Shown: positions 28,253 to 43,269 of the stretch, one piece after another | How positions within the stretch are numbered: the stretch's first letter is position 1 | Layout of the letters: each line of letters opens with the position of its first letter | NCBI GenBank assembly: GCA_965153355.1 | Contig: OZ231126.1 | Span: 13,144,001-13,208,000 of the forward strand | Direction of reading: 5' to 3' | DNA from: Flaccisagitta enflata | Lineage: Eukaryota | DNA: 64,000 bases | Program-made: the position numbers and the translations under genes | The notes under the pieces: generated by a model | What the model was told of the DNA's origin: nothing | The model's input: the letters and a program-made list of their open reading frames with translations, nothing else | Database searches by the model: none

Positions 28253-29814
28253 ATAGATAAATAAATAATAAAAAAAAGATGAAAAAAAAATAAAAAAAAA
28301 ATGAAAAAAAATAAAAAAAATAAAAAAATAAAAAAAGATAAAAAAATAAATAAAATTCAGAGATACCCATGACCAGCTATGTTAATAGACCAAAATCATG
28401 GAGACTCTCCTGAAAAACTAACTGGATCTAACTTCAGCCCTGCCCCTTGATAACGGCCCCATGGGGACCCTTTAATTTTGGCCTTTATTGCGGGGCACCG
28501 TTATCATGAAACACTATTTTCCTAGCTGATTGTTTTTATTATAGCATTCATTATTTCCTAATTTACTTGATGTTTAAATGTTTCTTCTTTTTTTTTCAAT
28601 GAATAAGTTTGTAAAATTTAGATATTGAATAAATAATATGCAAAGTGGTGTGCAATATCACATACAAATGAATATTTGGCACACTAGATTACTAAAGTTG
28701 AGCCTCATATCAGCGCTTACCAAGGGACTGAGCAAATGCATGCTTTATAGTGGTGTTTCGCCAATAGAGAAAAAACTACAAAATTTCTTATGGGACTGAA
28801 ATTGTCATGCTCTAGAGGCGGCTGTGTCTTATTAGTGGGTGCGCTATAGCGAGGTTCGACTGTACTTATCACATTTATAGACGAGGTAAAAATTGCATGA
28901 TAGTGGGTTGATGAAAAAACGCGATTTTTTTAGATGTGCATCGAGGGAAGAGAGGTGGGAAAAAGACATTTTCTAGTTGCAAAATGACAAAGCCGGATAC
29001 ACGGCAGGACTGAAGCTCGCGAATTTTTAGTCGCATGCTTCGCAACTACACCCTGCTTTGTCAGTCCGTCCATCCCTTGGTCCGTCACACTTTACTTATT
29101 TTGGGTTCTTGAGGTCATTGGCCCCACTCCTCCTGCCCAAATGCTCATGTGACCTCAAATACAGCCCCTGCCCACCCGCACGCGACTGCAGAGGGTAGCC
29201 GTGTATCCAGTCTTGTTTTGCAATGCCTCTGACATTGAGATCAAACTGTGAGAAGCGCTGGAAGCGTGTGGGCCACAAGTCTCGATTCTGAAAGGTTAAC
29301 TAAACAGCCGGGGCAGGTGAATCAATCGATCAAGACCTCATGTACCGGCTTAGGTGAATGACGGTTAATTCTTCATGAGATTGTATACGAGTCAGTGTGA
29401 TGATCAACAAAAAAAGAGAGAGAAAAGCAGAGGGAGAGAGACTGATGTGACAAAAAGACACTGACAGAAAGACAGCAAGACAAAAAAAAAAAGAATAACA
29501 AAAAAGAAAAACTGACAGAAAGACAGACTGGCAGATAGACACTGACAGAAAGTCAGACCTACAGAAAGACACTGACACACATGAAGACTGACACACATAC
29601 AAACTGACAAACACTGACAGAAAGACAGACTGACAGAAAGACCAAAAGATGAAATTCAGAATAAAAACATGAACGCACCATTACTTCTGTCAAGTGGGAG
29701 TTCTATTGTAGTAAAGCATTGAGCAAGAGAAAAAAAGACGGGAAGAAATGCCTTTTCAACGCTTTGGTAACACAAAATGATTGAATTGCTGAAAATTGCC
29801 TCAATCATGAGTTG

Positions 29815-29873
<59 letters not shown>

Positions 29874-31670
29874 ACGCCACTTGTGTTTCGCCGAAACTGT
29901 TTCGGTCAAAATCAAAGTGGGGATTAGTGGTTGACCTCATGGGCTACAGTCAGTTCACCGCTAACAAGGAGTTTTGAGTAATTTTGGCCCAAAATTTTTG
30001 ACCGATATTGCCGATTTACCGTTAAAGGTGTGCCCGTTATCTAGGGGCAATTTAACATTACAAAAGGCCAGAAAATTTTGGAACCACAGCTTGTTGTCCA
30101 CTAAAGGCGGGTAACTGTTAACGGCGTTGTCAAGGAAGCGGGTTTCCACTGTATGTCAAAGAACCATGCCTTCAAATCTAGCAAAATTTCTGAAACTCTA
30201 TTATATACTCATCCACTGCCCTACAAAACTGTTTTTGAAGAAGCCCTACATCATAACCCCTTTTAATCAAAATATCTGCCAAAAACTTTACCCTACACTC
30301 AAAATCCTCCTTAAGGCTGCTTAACCTTTGAAATCTGATAACCTGCCCGTAGAATACCCTATAACACACCCCATCATCTAAATTGCTATCTAGGAAAGGA
30401 AGAGAAATAACCTCAAATGGAAAATGATCTGTCTTACAATATACCTTTGTTATCACACGCCTATCTACAATTTCTGCTACCATATCCAAAACATTTACCT
30501 TATTAGGAAGATCATTTTCCTGCGTTAGAGTCAAGCTAGGAGGATAAATTACACTAGCAATACTAAGAAAATCATCAATATTTATTGAGAGATGTGCAGT
30601 CATCCCTGTATCTTCTAAAAAGTTTCAACCTATCTGCATCTTCTAGTTGACCCCCTCTAATTTTACTATCTACATACTTAAATTCATCCACCATAAGGGA
30701 GCAATCTGACAACTATCCTGAGCTTTTTCCACCAATGATGATTCCTCTACCTTGCCTAAAAATACTACCAAAAGCCTTGATATATGAGTTTCTAACTAAA
30801 TAATCTACCATCTCAAGCACCTCCTCTAAACTATATACAACACCCTCGGAACTACCTAAAACCCACCAAGCTTTGCCCCCTCCTATTCTATGTGTCTATG
30901 ATTGCTATTTCTAGCTAATTTATGTAGAAGCCACGAGATATTTGCCAGTAAGTGTTCATGATCAAACAATGTATATAATGTAGAAAAATCATTTATAGAA
31001 ATAGAAACCACATCACTAGCCTTATCAAACATATCTTTCATTTCCATACTTGTTTGAACATCAAAAACATATTTCCGACCAGAATATTCCTCGCTTTTTC
31101 GACATAAATTGATAAAGTGAGTCTTACACATCTTCAAAACCAATGCTACAATACTGTCTAGTCTAGAGGTAACAGTTTTGACATTACCAGCAATATATCT
31201 CATTTTGGGAGGGTTTTTGTGAAACTTTGGAGTCTGGTATAAGAGAGCCAGTTTCTCCTCAGATTCATCAGGAACAATCCTGAATCTAGACAAATCCCTC
31301 CCAATCTGAGTTACCAACTGAGCTTCGGAATCAAGACAATGGACATAAGTATCATGTATACCAAATATGGGGATCATTGTTAGAGCATACCCGCTAATGG
31401 AGCATGACTGCCAAAAAGGTGCAGAACTTAGTGCTCCATCAAAGATTTTATGATGTTACTTTACTACAACATATTTTTGTGTCTAGTTCCTTGATATGTG
31501 AAGCTCATATGTACATTAGATTGATCATCCAACATGATTATAGGTAACCTGATATCGATATCAAGATCTGTGTGCACCAATTTGGTAACTTGCGAAAAAA
31601 TCTGGTAACTATCTGGTAACCTGGAGAGGTTAAGCTGGTAACTTGGCCGAATTCAGTGTTGGCCACTGAG
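26708..31670. mobile_element. ~5-kb composite TIR element with 8-bp TSD carrying nested repeats and a retroelement fragment
   Basis: Termini CTCAGTGGCCAA ... TTGGCCACTGAG; direct repeat CTACTGAG at 26700-26707 and 31671-31678; clustered GGTAAC(C/T) subterminal motifs at both ends; no transposase seen. Confidence 0.85.
30178..31377 (-). mobile_element. Disrupted Penelope-like (PLE) reverse transcriptase, 5'-truncated
   Basis: Motifs LYQTPKFHKNPPKMRYI, SINDFSTLYT, FRQGRGIIIGG, YRDD (frameshifted, ~30600) and thumb region YCKTDHFPFEVISLPFLDSNL...VFYGQVIRFQR...LIKRGY typical of PLE RTs; in-frame stops and frameshifts between the two ORF pieces. Confidence 0.85.
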
Positions 31671-32328
31671 CTACTGAGAAAGCCGTCCTAGACACCGTGA
31701 CCTCTGGCACTGGTTCCTTGGCTCAGTGCCATTATCTCCGAGAGCATCATTAGGTTTTAAAATGAGAGGACTTCAGGCCACTCTATTGAGGACAGATTCC
31801 AGTGCAAGGAAAGGATTTTCGTCTTTAACGGATCAATCTATTGAACTTTTATCCTCATTTCTTTTTAGTCGCGTACTACGCGACTATACATCCCCTATGT
31901 CGGTCGGTCGGTCGGTCGGTCGGTCGGTCTATCGGTCCCCTTTTTGGGCAGCGGCCTCAAAGCGCCGATGTTCTGTAAGACACAGGGGTGATTTCTATAT
32001 CCGCCCATCCGTCCGTCCTCCCTAGCTAGTGTTTCAAATTCTACAATTGGATAACATGGGAAATTGTCAAATGCAAACTTCCATTGATAACATGGCAAAT
32101 TTACAAAAAGCAATAACAAGTCATCCAAGGATTGCACATGGTCAGCGTACCCGATGCCCTGCTTGGAGTGATCAACTGAAGAAGTGGAGTGAGAGCAGGG
32201 CAGCGGCCCCAAAGGGCCGATGTCCTGTAGGACACAGGGGTGAATTTCCAGACGCCCAGAGGCACATTAAAGGGCTGATTAGATCAATTGAAGCACAGTA
32301 ATGAGGCATGTAAGGGCTGATTTGGGGG

Positions 32329-33025
32329 CAGGCCTGAGCTATATAGCATTTTTGTCAACTGTACAATACCAATACAATACATTCAAGTATTGGGACAATA
32401 CAATACAATACCAATACAATACAATATCCATTAGAATTGTATACAATACATTATCATAGCAAAAAATACAATATAATACAATTTATATTTAACTATATGC
32501 AGTATCTATGATAAGTATCAAGTATTAAGTAATATCATGTATTAGAAATAATTACAGTTAAATAGTGTACTAATAATTTGAAAAAAAATATAATGATTTT
32601 AATCACAATATATATGTTTTGATAATGAGAAAAGCTTTAATTTTTTTTTTTCATAAAAGTTTTATTTCATTCATTATTCTCTTTATCTTAATCTCTTATA
32701 AGTTCCTTTTCCTCCTCTTCCTCCTCTTTTCATCCTTCACTCACTTTTACTTTCAGCAAATCCTCCTCTTCTTCTCTTTTTATCTCTCACCATTTCCACT
32801 TCTTTTGTTCTCCCTTGGACCTTTGAATGCTTTTCCTCTTCCTCTTTAACTCATTCAGTCTTTCACTCATATATTTTACCCTCCTCAGAACAACTTTTTT
32901 GTAATATTGTATAGTATTGTATTGTATTGGAAAAATAACAAAATAGGCTGCATGTATTGGGAAAACCCAATACACAAGAATATTGTAAACCCAATACCAA
33001 TACCCAATACAATCGAACAGGCCTG
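32329..33025. mobile_element. MITE with 8-bp TSD, hAT-like, with (CAATA)n subterminal repeats
   Basis: CAGGCCTG termini flanked by the identical TTTGGGGG at 32321-32328 and 33026-33033; inserted into a GCGGCCCC-family repeat. Confidence 0.8.
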
Positions 33026-34079
33026 TTTGGGGGTCAAGGGGATGAATAGCATCAAGGATGAGGGAAGATTAGAGACCTGAGGAGGGTTATTTTGAGGGCT
33101 GAATTGAGACACAAGTGATAAGATTTTAGGTTTGATAGGGCTGGTTTCAGGCCTGAAATGCTTGATTTTAAGCCTGACAAGGCTGATTGAGGGTCTTAGA
33201 GAGCTAAATTTGGAGCTGAGGGGCTGATTTTGGGCCTGAGAGGACTGACTTTTTTGGGTCTGAGGAGGCTGATTTTGGGCCTGAGGGCTGGATTCAGGCC
33301 TGAGAGGGTTGAGCTTTTGGGCCTGAGAGGGCTGATTTGGGTTTGAGAGGGGCTGATTTGGGGCTGGAGAGGGCTGATTTGGGGGCCTGGAGAGGGGCCT
33401 GGGGGATTTACGGATCTACAGACGACGTGACGACGGACGCACGGACGCACGGACGCACGGACGTATGGAAATTCACGACGACTGAAATTCACCCCTGTGT
33501 CCTACAGGACATCGGCCCTTTGGGGCCGCTGCCCAAAAAGCATGTATCCCCTTTAATAACATGGAACATTGATGAAATCTAAGAAAAATGTAAAATTCTC
33601 ATTGAATAACATAGCAAATTGGCGAGAAATTGAAAAAAAAATGCAAAATTCCCATTGAATACTATGGAAAATTACTACTAAGGCCTCAAATATGCCCTCT
33701 CAGGACGTATGGGAAATTAATCGTGCAAATGCAGACATGGGCCCTTTGGGGCCACTGCCCTGCTCTCATTTCGCTTCTTCAGCCAATCACCCAAGCAGGG
33801 CATCGGGTACCGCTGACCATGTGCGGTCCTTGGATGACTTGTTACTTTTTCGGCGGTTTTGAGCTTGTTGAGCATACGCCTCCTGCCCAAATACCCTAGT
33901 GACCTCCAGCACTGCTCCTGCCCACCCACCCGCACGCGGCCTTGTTCTACGGTAAGACTAATGCAGCTTACAAAGCAAACAAAAATATTTAAAAAGTAAA
34001 AGAAAAACCGACGTTCTTTTTTTCCGTTTTTTCTTTGAACTCGCCCTCAATCAAATCTTAAAATTTTTGAAAAAAGTCA

Positions 34080-34640
34080 TTTACAGGTTTTGGATCTAGG
34101 CGAATAAAACACAATTTCTTCAACTGCACCCCACTTTCTTTGAAAACTATTTTTCAAAAAATATTTTGTGATTTTTTTTTCAAAGTCCCTGACGCGCGAT
34201 ACAAAAAAATTTCAAAGTTTTTTGAAAAAAAAAATGAAAATACAAGATTTTGGATCTAGGCAATTCAAACAATTTCCTATTGATAGCACCCCACTTTCAA
34301 AAACCATTTTTTAAAAATATCTAGTGATTTTTTTCAAAGTCCCTGACGCTATGCACAAAAATTTTAAGTTTTCTGAAAAAACAAATGCAGGATTTTGGAT
34401 CTAGACAACCAAACAAATTCCTATTGATTGCACCCCACTTTTTAAAAAAACATTTCAAAAAAATATTTTGCAATTTTTTTTAAATCAAACATTTTTCAAA
34501 AAAAATATTTTGTGATTTTTTTCTAAGTCCCTGACGCACGACATAAAAATTTTTAAGTTTTGAAAAAGTGAAAATACAAGATTTTGGATCTAGGCAAATT
34601 AAACAATTTCATTGATTGCACCTCACTTCTTTTTTTTCAA
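34080..34640. repeat. AT-rich tandem repeat, ~145-190 bp unit, about 4 copies
   Basis: TTTTGGATCTAG...GCACCCCACTT...AAGTCCCTGACGC recurs at ~34088, 34247, 34392 and 34582. Confidence 0.8.
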
Positions 34641-35640
34641 AAAAAAAAAATTCTCAATATGGTTTTGGGGCCCTTAGGGGCCCCTAAAGAAAATAATAAT
34701 GTTGTTAAAAGCCGACGGCGAGAGAAATCAAATCTCCGTCGAACAAGACCAAGAACGCCTAGATCGGTGGCGTATAGAGCCTGTAACAACAGTCAACACT
34801 TCAGGGGGCGAGTTTTTTTCAAAGCAAGATCCGCTTTCAGCCTTAGAAATTCCAAGTTGTAGATCAAGGCCTACCCTCACAGATGAGCAACTCTGCTCAC
34901 TGACATGCTTTCTTGTATTTGCATGCTAAAACATGTATCAAAACATTTATTCATTTATCGCATTTTAAATCAGAAAAACAGACTGAGCTAAATGAGCTAG
35001 ATGAGCTAGAATACTAAAAAACACCTTCACAGATGAGCAGCTATGCTCATAAACATGTTTTCTTGTATTTGCATGTTCAAACAAATATAGATACACTTTT
35101 TTATTGATCCTACATAAAATCATAAAAAATTGAAAAAAAATCAATTTGAATTATTCGTAAATAAATCTTTGAAAAATCATAGCGCGAAAAATATTTGTCG
35201 TAGAGAATTCTGCTTGGTGTCAAATGAAAGAGAATTATCAAATTTACTTACCTTATCAATTTCATTGGAGGCCACATTCGGTCGGTGGAGACCCTCAACT
35301 TCCCCATAAGAAAATGAAAACCCTGTTTCTCTCGAATATGTCAAAAAGTCGAAGACTGACTTCGACTTTTTTCCCGACAACGAGAAAAAAAGTCAGAAAC
35401 TAAGTCAAACGAAAACGGAAACGAAAACGGAAACGAAAACGAAATCGAAACAAAACAATACAAAAAAGAAAAGAAATAAGATTATAAACATTGATAAGTT
35501 TGAATTGGTACAAACAGTGGCAGAAATGAAGCAAGAGAAAATTAGGCAATGACGAAAGAGAAATAGTCCAAATCTGAGCCATGGAAATGCCACCGAGTAC
35601 TGGTAGGCAACTTACCTTACCTTATGTAACAGTGACAAAG

Positions 35641-35683
<43 letters not shown>

Positions 35684-35806
35684 GGGTGCCACTTAATGGG
35701 GTCAGTCGTCGCGGTGTTGCCCGAATTACCGATCTTTATGGGAAGCCAGTTTTATGGTGCAAATGGAGCACCGTGAATTTGTAACAGATTCTGTTTTGCA
35801 CGGCAG

Positions 35807-35907
<101 letters not shown>

Positions 35908-36896
35908 GTGTTGGAGTGGGATCTTTTCAGGTTTTGAAGTGGTGCATTAGTTATCTCGGCGGTGGGCTCCGGATCAAAATCGTCTTTAAAACGCGCTTGA
36001 TTACTGCAACGCAGGAAAGCAAGCCTTACACAGGGCAAAAATCACCGACGTTTGGGGGTGGCCGCAGAACCACAGCAATACTACCGCAGAATTCTCCAGA
36101 ATTACATATATACAGCACTTCAAAACTACAGTACAACCGTATTTCTCACTCACTTATCTTACAATCACCTTTGACGAGACGAGAAGATAACTACATTTCA
36201 AGAATGTTTCGGAGGGACCGACCTACGGAGGAGCGGGTGGACGGACCGACAAAGCCAGGTTTAGAGTTGCGTGTCCGTGACTAAAAAGCCCATCAACGTA
36301 GCTGCCGATGTCCAATTTAGGAAATAGAGAAATGAATCATTATTCAATTGATGAGGAGAGTGGAACGGATTTTCATTTGATTCTGCCATTTTGTCGCATC
36401 CTCCCATATCTGTATTGGAGGTAATGTCTGTACAACTGTCGTTTGGTCAGACTTGAATATAGCCAGATCACTGAAATCCTTTCATCAATCAAACCTGCAG
36501 TCATTCTACTTCTTCATTTATTCATATGTTCATTTATGGATTTGCTCATTCTATAATTCAATCAATCAATCATTCATTCATCTTTTCGTTCTTTCAATCA
36601 TTCATTAAATCAATCACTCAATCATTTCTTTATTCATTTGTTTTTCACTGATTAGTGAATTCGTTTATAGGTTTATATGCAAATTCGAAATTTCAATGGG
36701 GACGCATCGTTAGTCAACATGGCCCTTTTATGCCATTTCTTTGAATTTCATCTTTTTTGCTTCATTTACAAGTTGTTTTTGCCTTCAGGACAAAATTCAT
36801 GAGATTTTTCCACTTTGACAAGAGACCGGCAATTCATAGAATCTTCCTTCCAACAAACGTAAAATGTTGATTACCTCAATATTATTTCTCGACGTC

Positions 36897-36953
<57 letters not shown>

Positions 36954-37129
36954 CTCCCGTTGCTTCGGTTGACGACAGCCTGCGGGTGTTCCGGTGATGT
37001 TAGGTGACGTCGTCGTCGACGTTGGCGATAAGATGCGTGTAGACGTTTGGGCGTTGAGGCATTTTGGGTGAACCTTTTCTGCATCATGAACAAAGATAAT
37101 TAAAGGAATATTATGAATAGGAGAAAGAA

Positions 37130-38310
<1,181 letters not shown>

Positions 38311-39799
38311 GAAAGAAAGAAATTTAAAAAAAAAACCAAAACAGCTGCCCCTGATTTCTTTGTTTTTGCCACTTTTTTCCGTTTCATTAAGTTTTCTTGA
38401 CATGAACTTTTTTTCCATGAATTTTGATTCATTGTTCAATTTCGGACCTTTTTTCCGATGTGTTTGTTGTCTTTGTTGTTGGCAAAACGTTAAAAGAATA
38501 TTTGTCCCGGAAAAAAGTCATCCATTTGTCGTCTTTTAATTTGCCTTTTTTATTGATATTCATTCAGGTACAAAAACGCTATTTTTTTCTTAAAGTACGA
38601 TATCAGCAATAGGAATTTTTCCCCTTTTTTTGGATATCTTTTCTTTTTCATTCCAGATCTCTTTCTTTCGTGAGAGCTCTTGAGATAAACCAGCCTGGTC
38701 GCTTTTAACCCTTTTGAGTCGCTCTACTGGTTCTTTTCTTTTGTATTCATATTTTTTGGGGGTGTCCTTTTCGGAAATTTAGGCTTCCCGTGATATTGAT
38801 AAGCAACAAAAACGATATCGATAACAAAGAGCGAAAAATGAAATTAAGCTGAGAATTGTGATGAATATCGCGATTTGAAATTCCATGGCAGAAAGGCATT
38901 TTCACGCGTGTCATCGAGTTTTAACCAACGCCCGACTCGATCTTTATCAGTATATAACTCCATATGCTTCCAATCGTCACCTGCTTTGACATCAAATTCA
39001 GAGAAACGGCAGAGGGCATAAAACAAGCCCAATTGGGCGACGCGACAGTTACGGACGGTTGGGCAGGGACAGTTCTACAGCACTACCACGCCACAGTATT
39101 TGGAGCTTACACAGAAGAATGACTAAAAAACACTTTATTGAGCTTTTGCGTTTATCATTTTCAGTAGATACACTGCAATCTGCACATTCGTTATCAAATC
39201 AATCGAATCTTTTAGCGAGTTTTTTTTTTTCCTTTATGACATGAAGAACCGAAAAAAGACACTTTTTATTCAGGCTTATTGACGGCCTCGTAGAGCTTCA
39301 AAATGATTACTTTTGACCTGGTGAAGAAGCCATTGCCTCCCCTACTATCCCCTTATAGGCCTTTGTTAGAAAAATAGCCACTAGGCAAGGTTTTGACAAC
39401 GGAAATATTTAATTAGGAGAAAGAAAATATTAGAAAACATTGGAAATCAGCTGAGAAAAATTTTCGAACTTTTTTTTTATTTGAATGGTATCGCCAAAGT
39501 GTTAAAATTCTCATCAATTCTGCAGTACATATACGCTCATATACTTGTGAAATACAAATGATATTTTTTGCATAGCTTCATGTTAACTTTATATACCCCT
39601 TTAAAAAAAAATCTTGTCCACTGTCAGGTAATAATCAATGATTGAAAATTTTCAGTTGACACCTTCCGTTCTCAAAAAAATCCCTCTTCCTGTCAACGCA
39701 GCTCCTTGAAATTTTTACTGTAGATGAAGGACGCGCCCGACTGCGTGCATGTCAAATTTTATGAAAATCCATTGATGGGAAGTGGGGTTTTTGTCATTT

Positions 39800-40180
39800 T
39801 TAGTCGCGTGCACGCGACTCTACATCCCGCTTTGTCGGTCCGTCGGTCCGTCGGTCCGTCGGTCCGTCCGTCCGTCGGTCCGTCCGTCCGTCCGTCACAC
39901 TTTACTTTTTTGCAATATACCGTCAATGTTTGGTTCATTTTAAGTTATTTTAAGTCATTTAAAGTTATTCTAAGTCATTTTAAGTCATTCTAAGTCATTA
40001 TAAGTCATTTTAAGTCATCTTAAGTTATTTTAAGTCATTAGGTTTTTTAGTCATTTTAAGTCCTTTTTGGTCATCTTAGGTCATTCTAAGTCATTGGAAG
40101 TCATTCTAAGTCATTCTAAGTCAGTCTAAGTCTTTCTTAGTCTGTAAATCTCGCACGCGACTTATAGGTGTTGGCCTTGT
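39800..40180 (+). mobile_element. Short dispersed repeat (TTTAGTCGCGTGCACGCGACTCTAC...(CCGT)n...(TAAGTCATT)n family)
   Basis: Same head sequence at ~29027, 31864, 49113, 57983 and inverted at ~11145 and 36285. Class (SINE or Helitron/Helentron-derived) not determinable. Confidence 0.7.
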
Positions 40181-41940
40181 TTTCTTCAAAAACCAAGAAA
40201 ATTAGAACTTTCGAAAAAAACATTCACTGTGGCGTAAATTTTATTACGGCTTTAAATTGAAAAAATTCGCATTTTCAAAAACATCAGATCCTAAGTATGG
40301 CATTTTACTAGCGTCTGATGTTCTTCATTTTTTCATTTTTTCATTTTCCATGCGAATTTAAAATTTACGGCAGGACTTGTTAAACAAAATTTATCTCATC
40401 GAAATCGATTGTAATCAGAAATAGTTATCTACAGTCTAAGGACCTTCAGCTACCAAGCAATTATACTATCTGAAAGACTAAAATAATGCATTTCACTTCC
40501 CCGCTAAAAAAATGAATTCTGACCATTGAATTTTGAGTGTCTCTTCGGTATGCAAATCAATTAATCATCAAAGAAATGATTAAAACGCGGAATGCTTGAG
40601 CATGTGTGTGCAAGGGTTGGCTGGATGTGCATGTATGCGGGCATGTGCGTGTGCGTGTGTGTGTGTGTGTGTGTCTTTGTGCTTTTTTATAAACAGAGAT
40701 GAGTTGTGCGTACATTCCATCCAAAATGCCAAAAGATTTGTGGAGGAGCCCCTGATTCTGTCATGGAAAGAAAAATGGAAAAAAAGAAAGAAAGAAAGAA
40801 AGAAAGAAAGAATGAATGAATGAATGAATGAATGAATGAATGAATGAATGAAAGAAAGAATGGAAGAATGAAAGAATGAAGGAAAGAAAGAATAAAAGAA
40901 TAAAGCAAAGAAATAAAAGATAAACAAAAGCGTTAGATGGTCAGCGCTACCCGTTGCCCATATGTGAGTTGGTGTGGGTGTGAGGTTGATAGAGGGGCAG
41001 CGGCCCTGAAGGGGCCAATGATCTATGCTGTCTTTATTGCAGGTGGGATGTGAGCCTCGAAGCTGAGATATGAGCCTCGGGGCTGGAATTTAAGTCTCGA
41101 GACTTGGATTTGAGCCTTGAGACTGGGATTTGAGTCTCAAGACTGAAATTTTAGCCTAAAGACTGGGATTTGAGCTTCAAGACTGGGATTAGACTTTTAG
41201 AGCCTCCAGACTGGGATTTGAAACTCACTCCATTCAACTTGATCTCTTTTTGGGCAGCGGCCCCAAAGGGCCGATGTCGTGTAAAACACGGGGGGGGAGG
41301 AGAATTTCCAGACATCCTTCCTTCCATCCGTCCTTCTGTCCATCCCTCCATCTGTCCTTCTGTCCTTCCATCCGTCCCCCCCCAATGGCCATCAAGGCCT
41401 CAAATTTGCCAACCCAGTCATCAATTTAACCCTCAAGGCCTCAAATCAGCCTTCCAGGCTTTAAATCAGCTCCCCCCCCAGCTTCAAATCTGACCTCTTC
41501 ACCTCAAATCTGCCCTCCAGACCTTCAATTAGCCCTCCAAGCATCAAATCAGCACTCCCTGGCTCAAATTTTCCCTCCAAACCTCAAATCTGCTCTCAAA
41601 GCCTTTATTCTGCCCCCCAGCCTTCAAATATGCCTTCTTTGGCCTAAATCAGTCATCTAAGGCCTGAAATATGCCCCCCTCAGGACGTCTGGAAATTCCC
41701 ACCTAAGTTCTACAGGACATTGGTCCTTTGGGGCCGCTGCCCTGCTCTCACTTCACTTCACTACCAGCAGGACATCGGGTACCGCTGACCATGTGCGATC
41801 CTTGGATGACTAGTTTTTCTTAATTGGCTGTTACCGCCTCCGACAAAATTATTTCTTGGTCTTTTACTGTTCATGGAAACCCGACTGTAACCAAGAGGGA
41901 ATCTTGTTTTGGCGGTTAAAAATTTAAAACTTCTAGTTGC

Positions 41941-42074
<134 letters not shown>

Positions 42075-42745
42075 CGGCGGACAGAGCCTCTTACTTTACC
42101 GCGGGTTCGCGACTGAGAAGTGAAATGAATTGACGTGATTGTGGTAAAAAATGCTTTTTTTTGAAAATCATCCATAACTTTTTTTAGAGATACAAATTCG
42201 CATCAATTTTTTCGCTGAATTACTAGTAATAACATATATAATGACTAGAAAAAGTCAAATTTGAATTATGAAAATGTTCAATTTTGACCCCTCATGAATG
42301 GCATACGTTTCACCAGCTTAGATCATGTCTTATAGATCCGTCCATCAGGAACGCATCTCTATAAGAGGGTTTGTCCGTCCGTCCGTCCGTACGTCGGCCC
42401 GTCCGTCCGTCCGTCCGTTACGCCTGTGCGAAAACCGCGTTACCCGGCTGTTTTAGGCCACGGTGAGATCCTATACTGAAACAAATGATCAACCAACATG
42501 TTCTGAGAGCCTCCTTCACTACTCACTCGTTTCATCCGTCTGTTCGTCCATCTGTCATGATCAATGCACGCAGAGACACAGTCCGGACGCATCTTTTCCC
42601 GGTCGGGCTTGTTATATTATGCGCATGATTATCACGTTTTTTTTCAATGTGCTATTGCCAAAAGATTTTGTCAACGTAACTGGGGTTTGGGCCTATTGTA
42701 GTCCTATGGGTTTTGATAAATCCTGTTATTCTCTCGCTTTATCTA

Positions 42746-43269
42746 CAGTGCGGCTCATAAAAAAGTTTCCCGCAGTTTTAAAGCTAGTAATTTCAATTGT
42801 AGTTACTTTAAACAATTAAAATCCATGAGATTTTTAAACTTTTTTAAAAACTCTACAAATCCAGTCCATCACCATTTATGTTAGTCAAATTGTTAAAAAA
42901 CTATTAAAGTACAAAGATTATAATCAATTTACTTATGCTTGGAAGCGAACAGCTTTTGACAGAACACAAGGTTGATCTTGTTTTCTTTAAATATATAGAA
43001 AACGATCTATGATTCATATATCATATCCATGACCATTTTAAAGAGCTTCAAAAACTCTACAAATCTAGACCAAGTAGCAGTTTGTGGCTTGATTTATTTT
43101 GAAATGACAATGTCACACCTAAATGAAAAGAGCTAGAAATCTGGGATTAGACTCAAACTGAAGAAAATAAAAAATCTTTCAATAATCTCACTGATAAATT
43201 ACTTTTATCATTTGTAAAACCTGCATAATATCAATGACAAAACTGGAAACTTTTTTATGAGCCTCACTG
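42746..43269. mobile_element. MITE, TA TSD (Tc1/mariner-type)
   Basis: TA|CAGTGCGGCTCATAAAAAAGTTTCC ... GGAAACTTTTTTATGAGCCTCACTG|TA. Confidence 0.85.

Noticed and set aside
35252-35322. Possible upstream BBS9 exon (GFHFLMGKLRVSTDRMWPPMKLI, phase-compatible with 26182)
   Set aside because: Good donor but purine-rich acceptor, too short for the expected segment, and similarity rests on five recalled residues; another frame is equally open.
36979-37067. Exon-like segment PAGVPVMLGDVVVDVGDKMRVDVWALRHFG on +
   Set aside because: Single short segment, acceptor AG is GG in the other arm, no partner exons or homology established.
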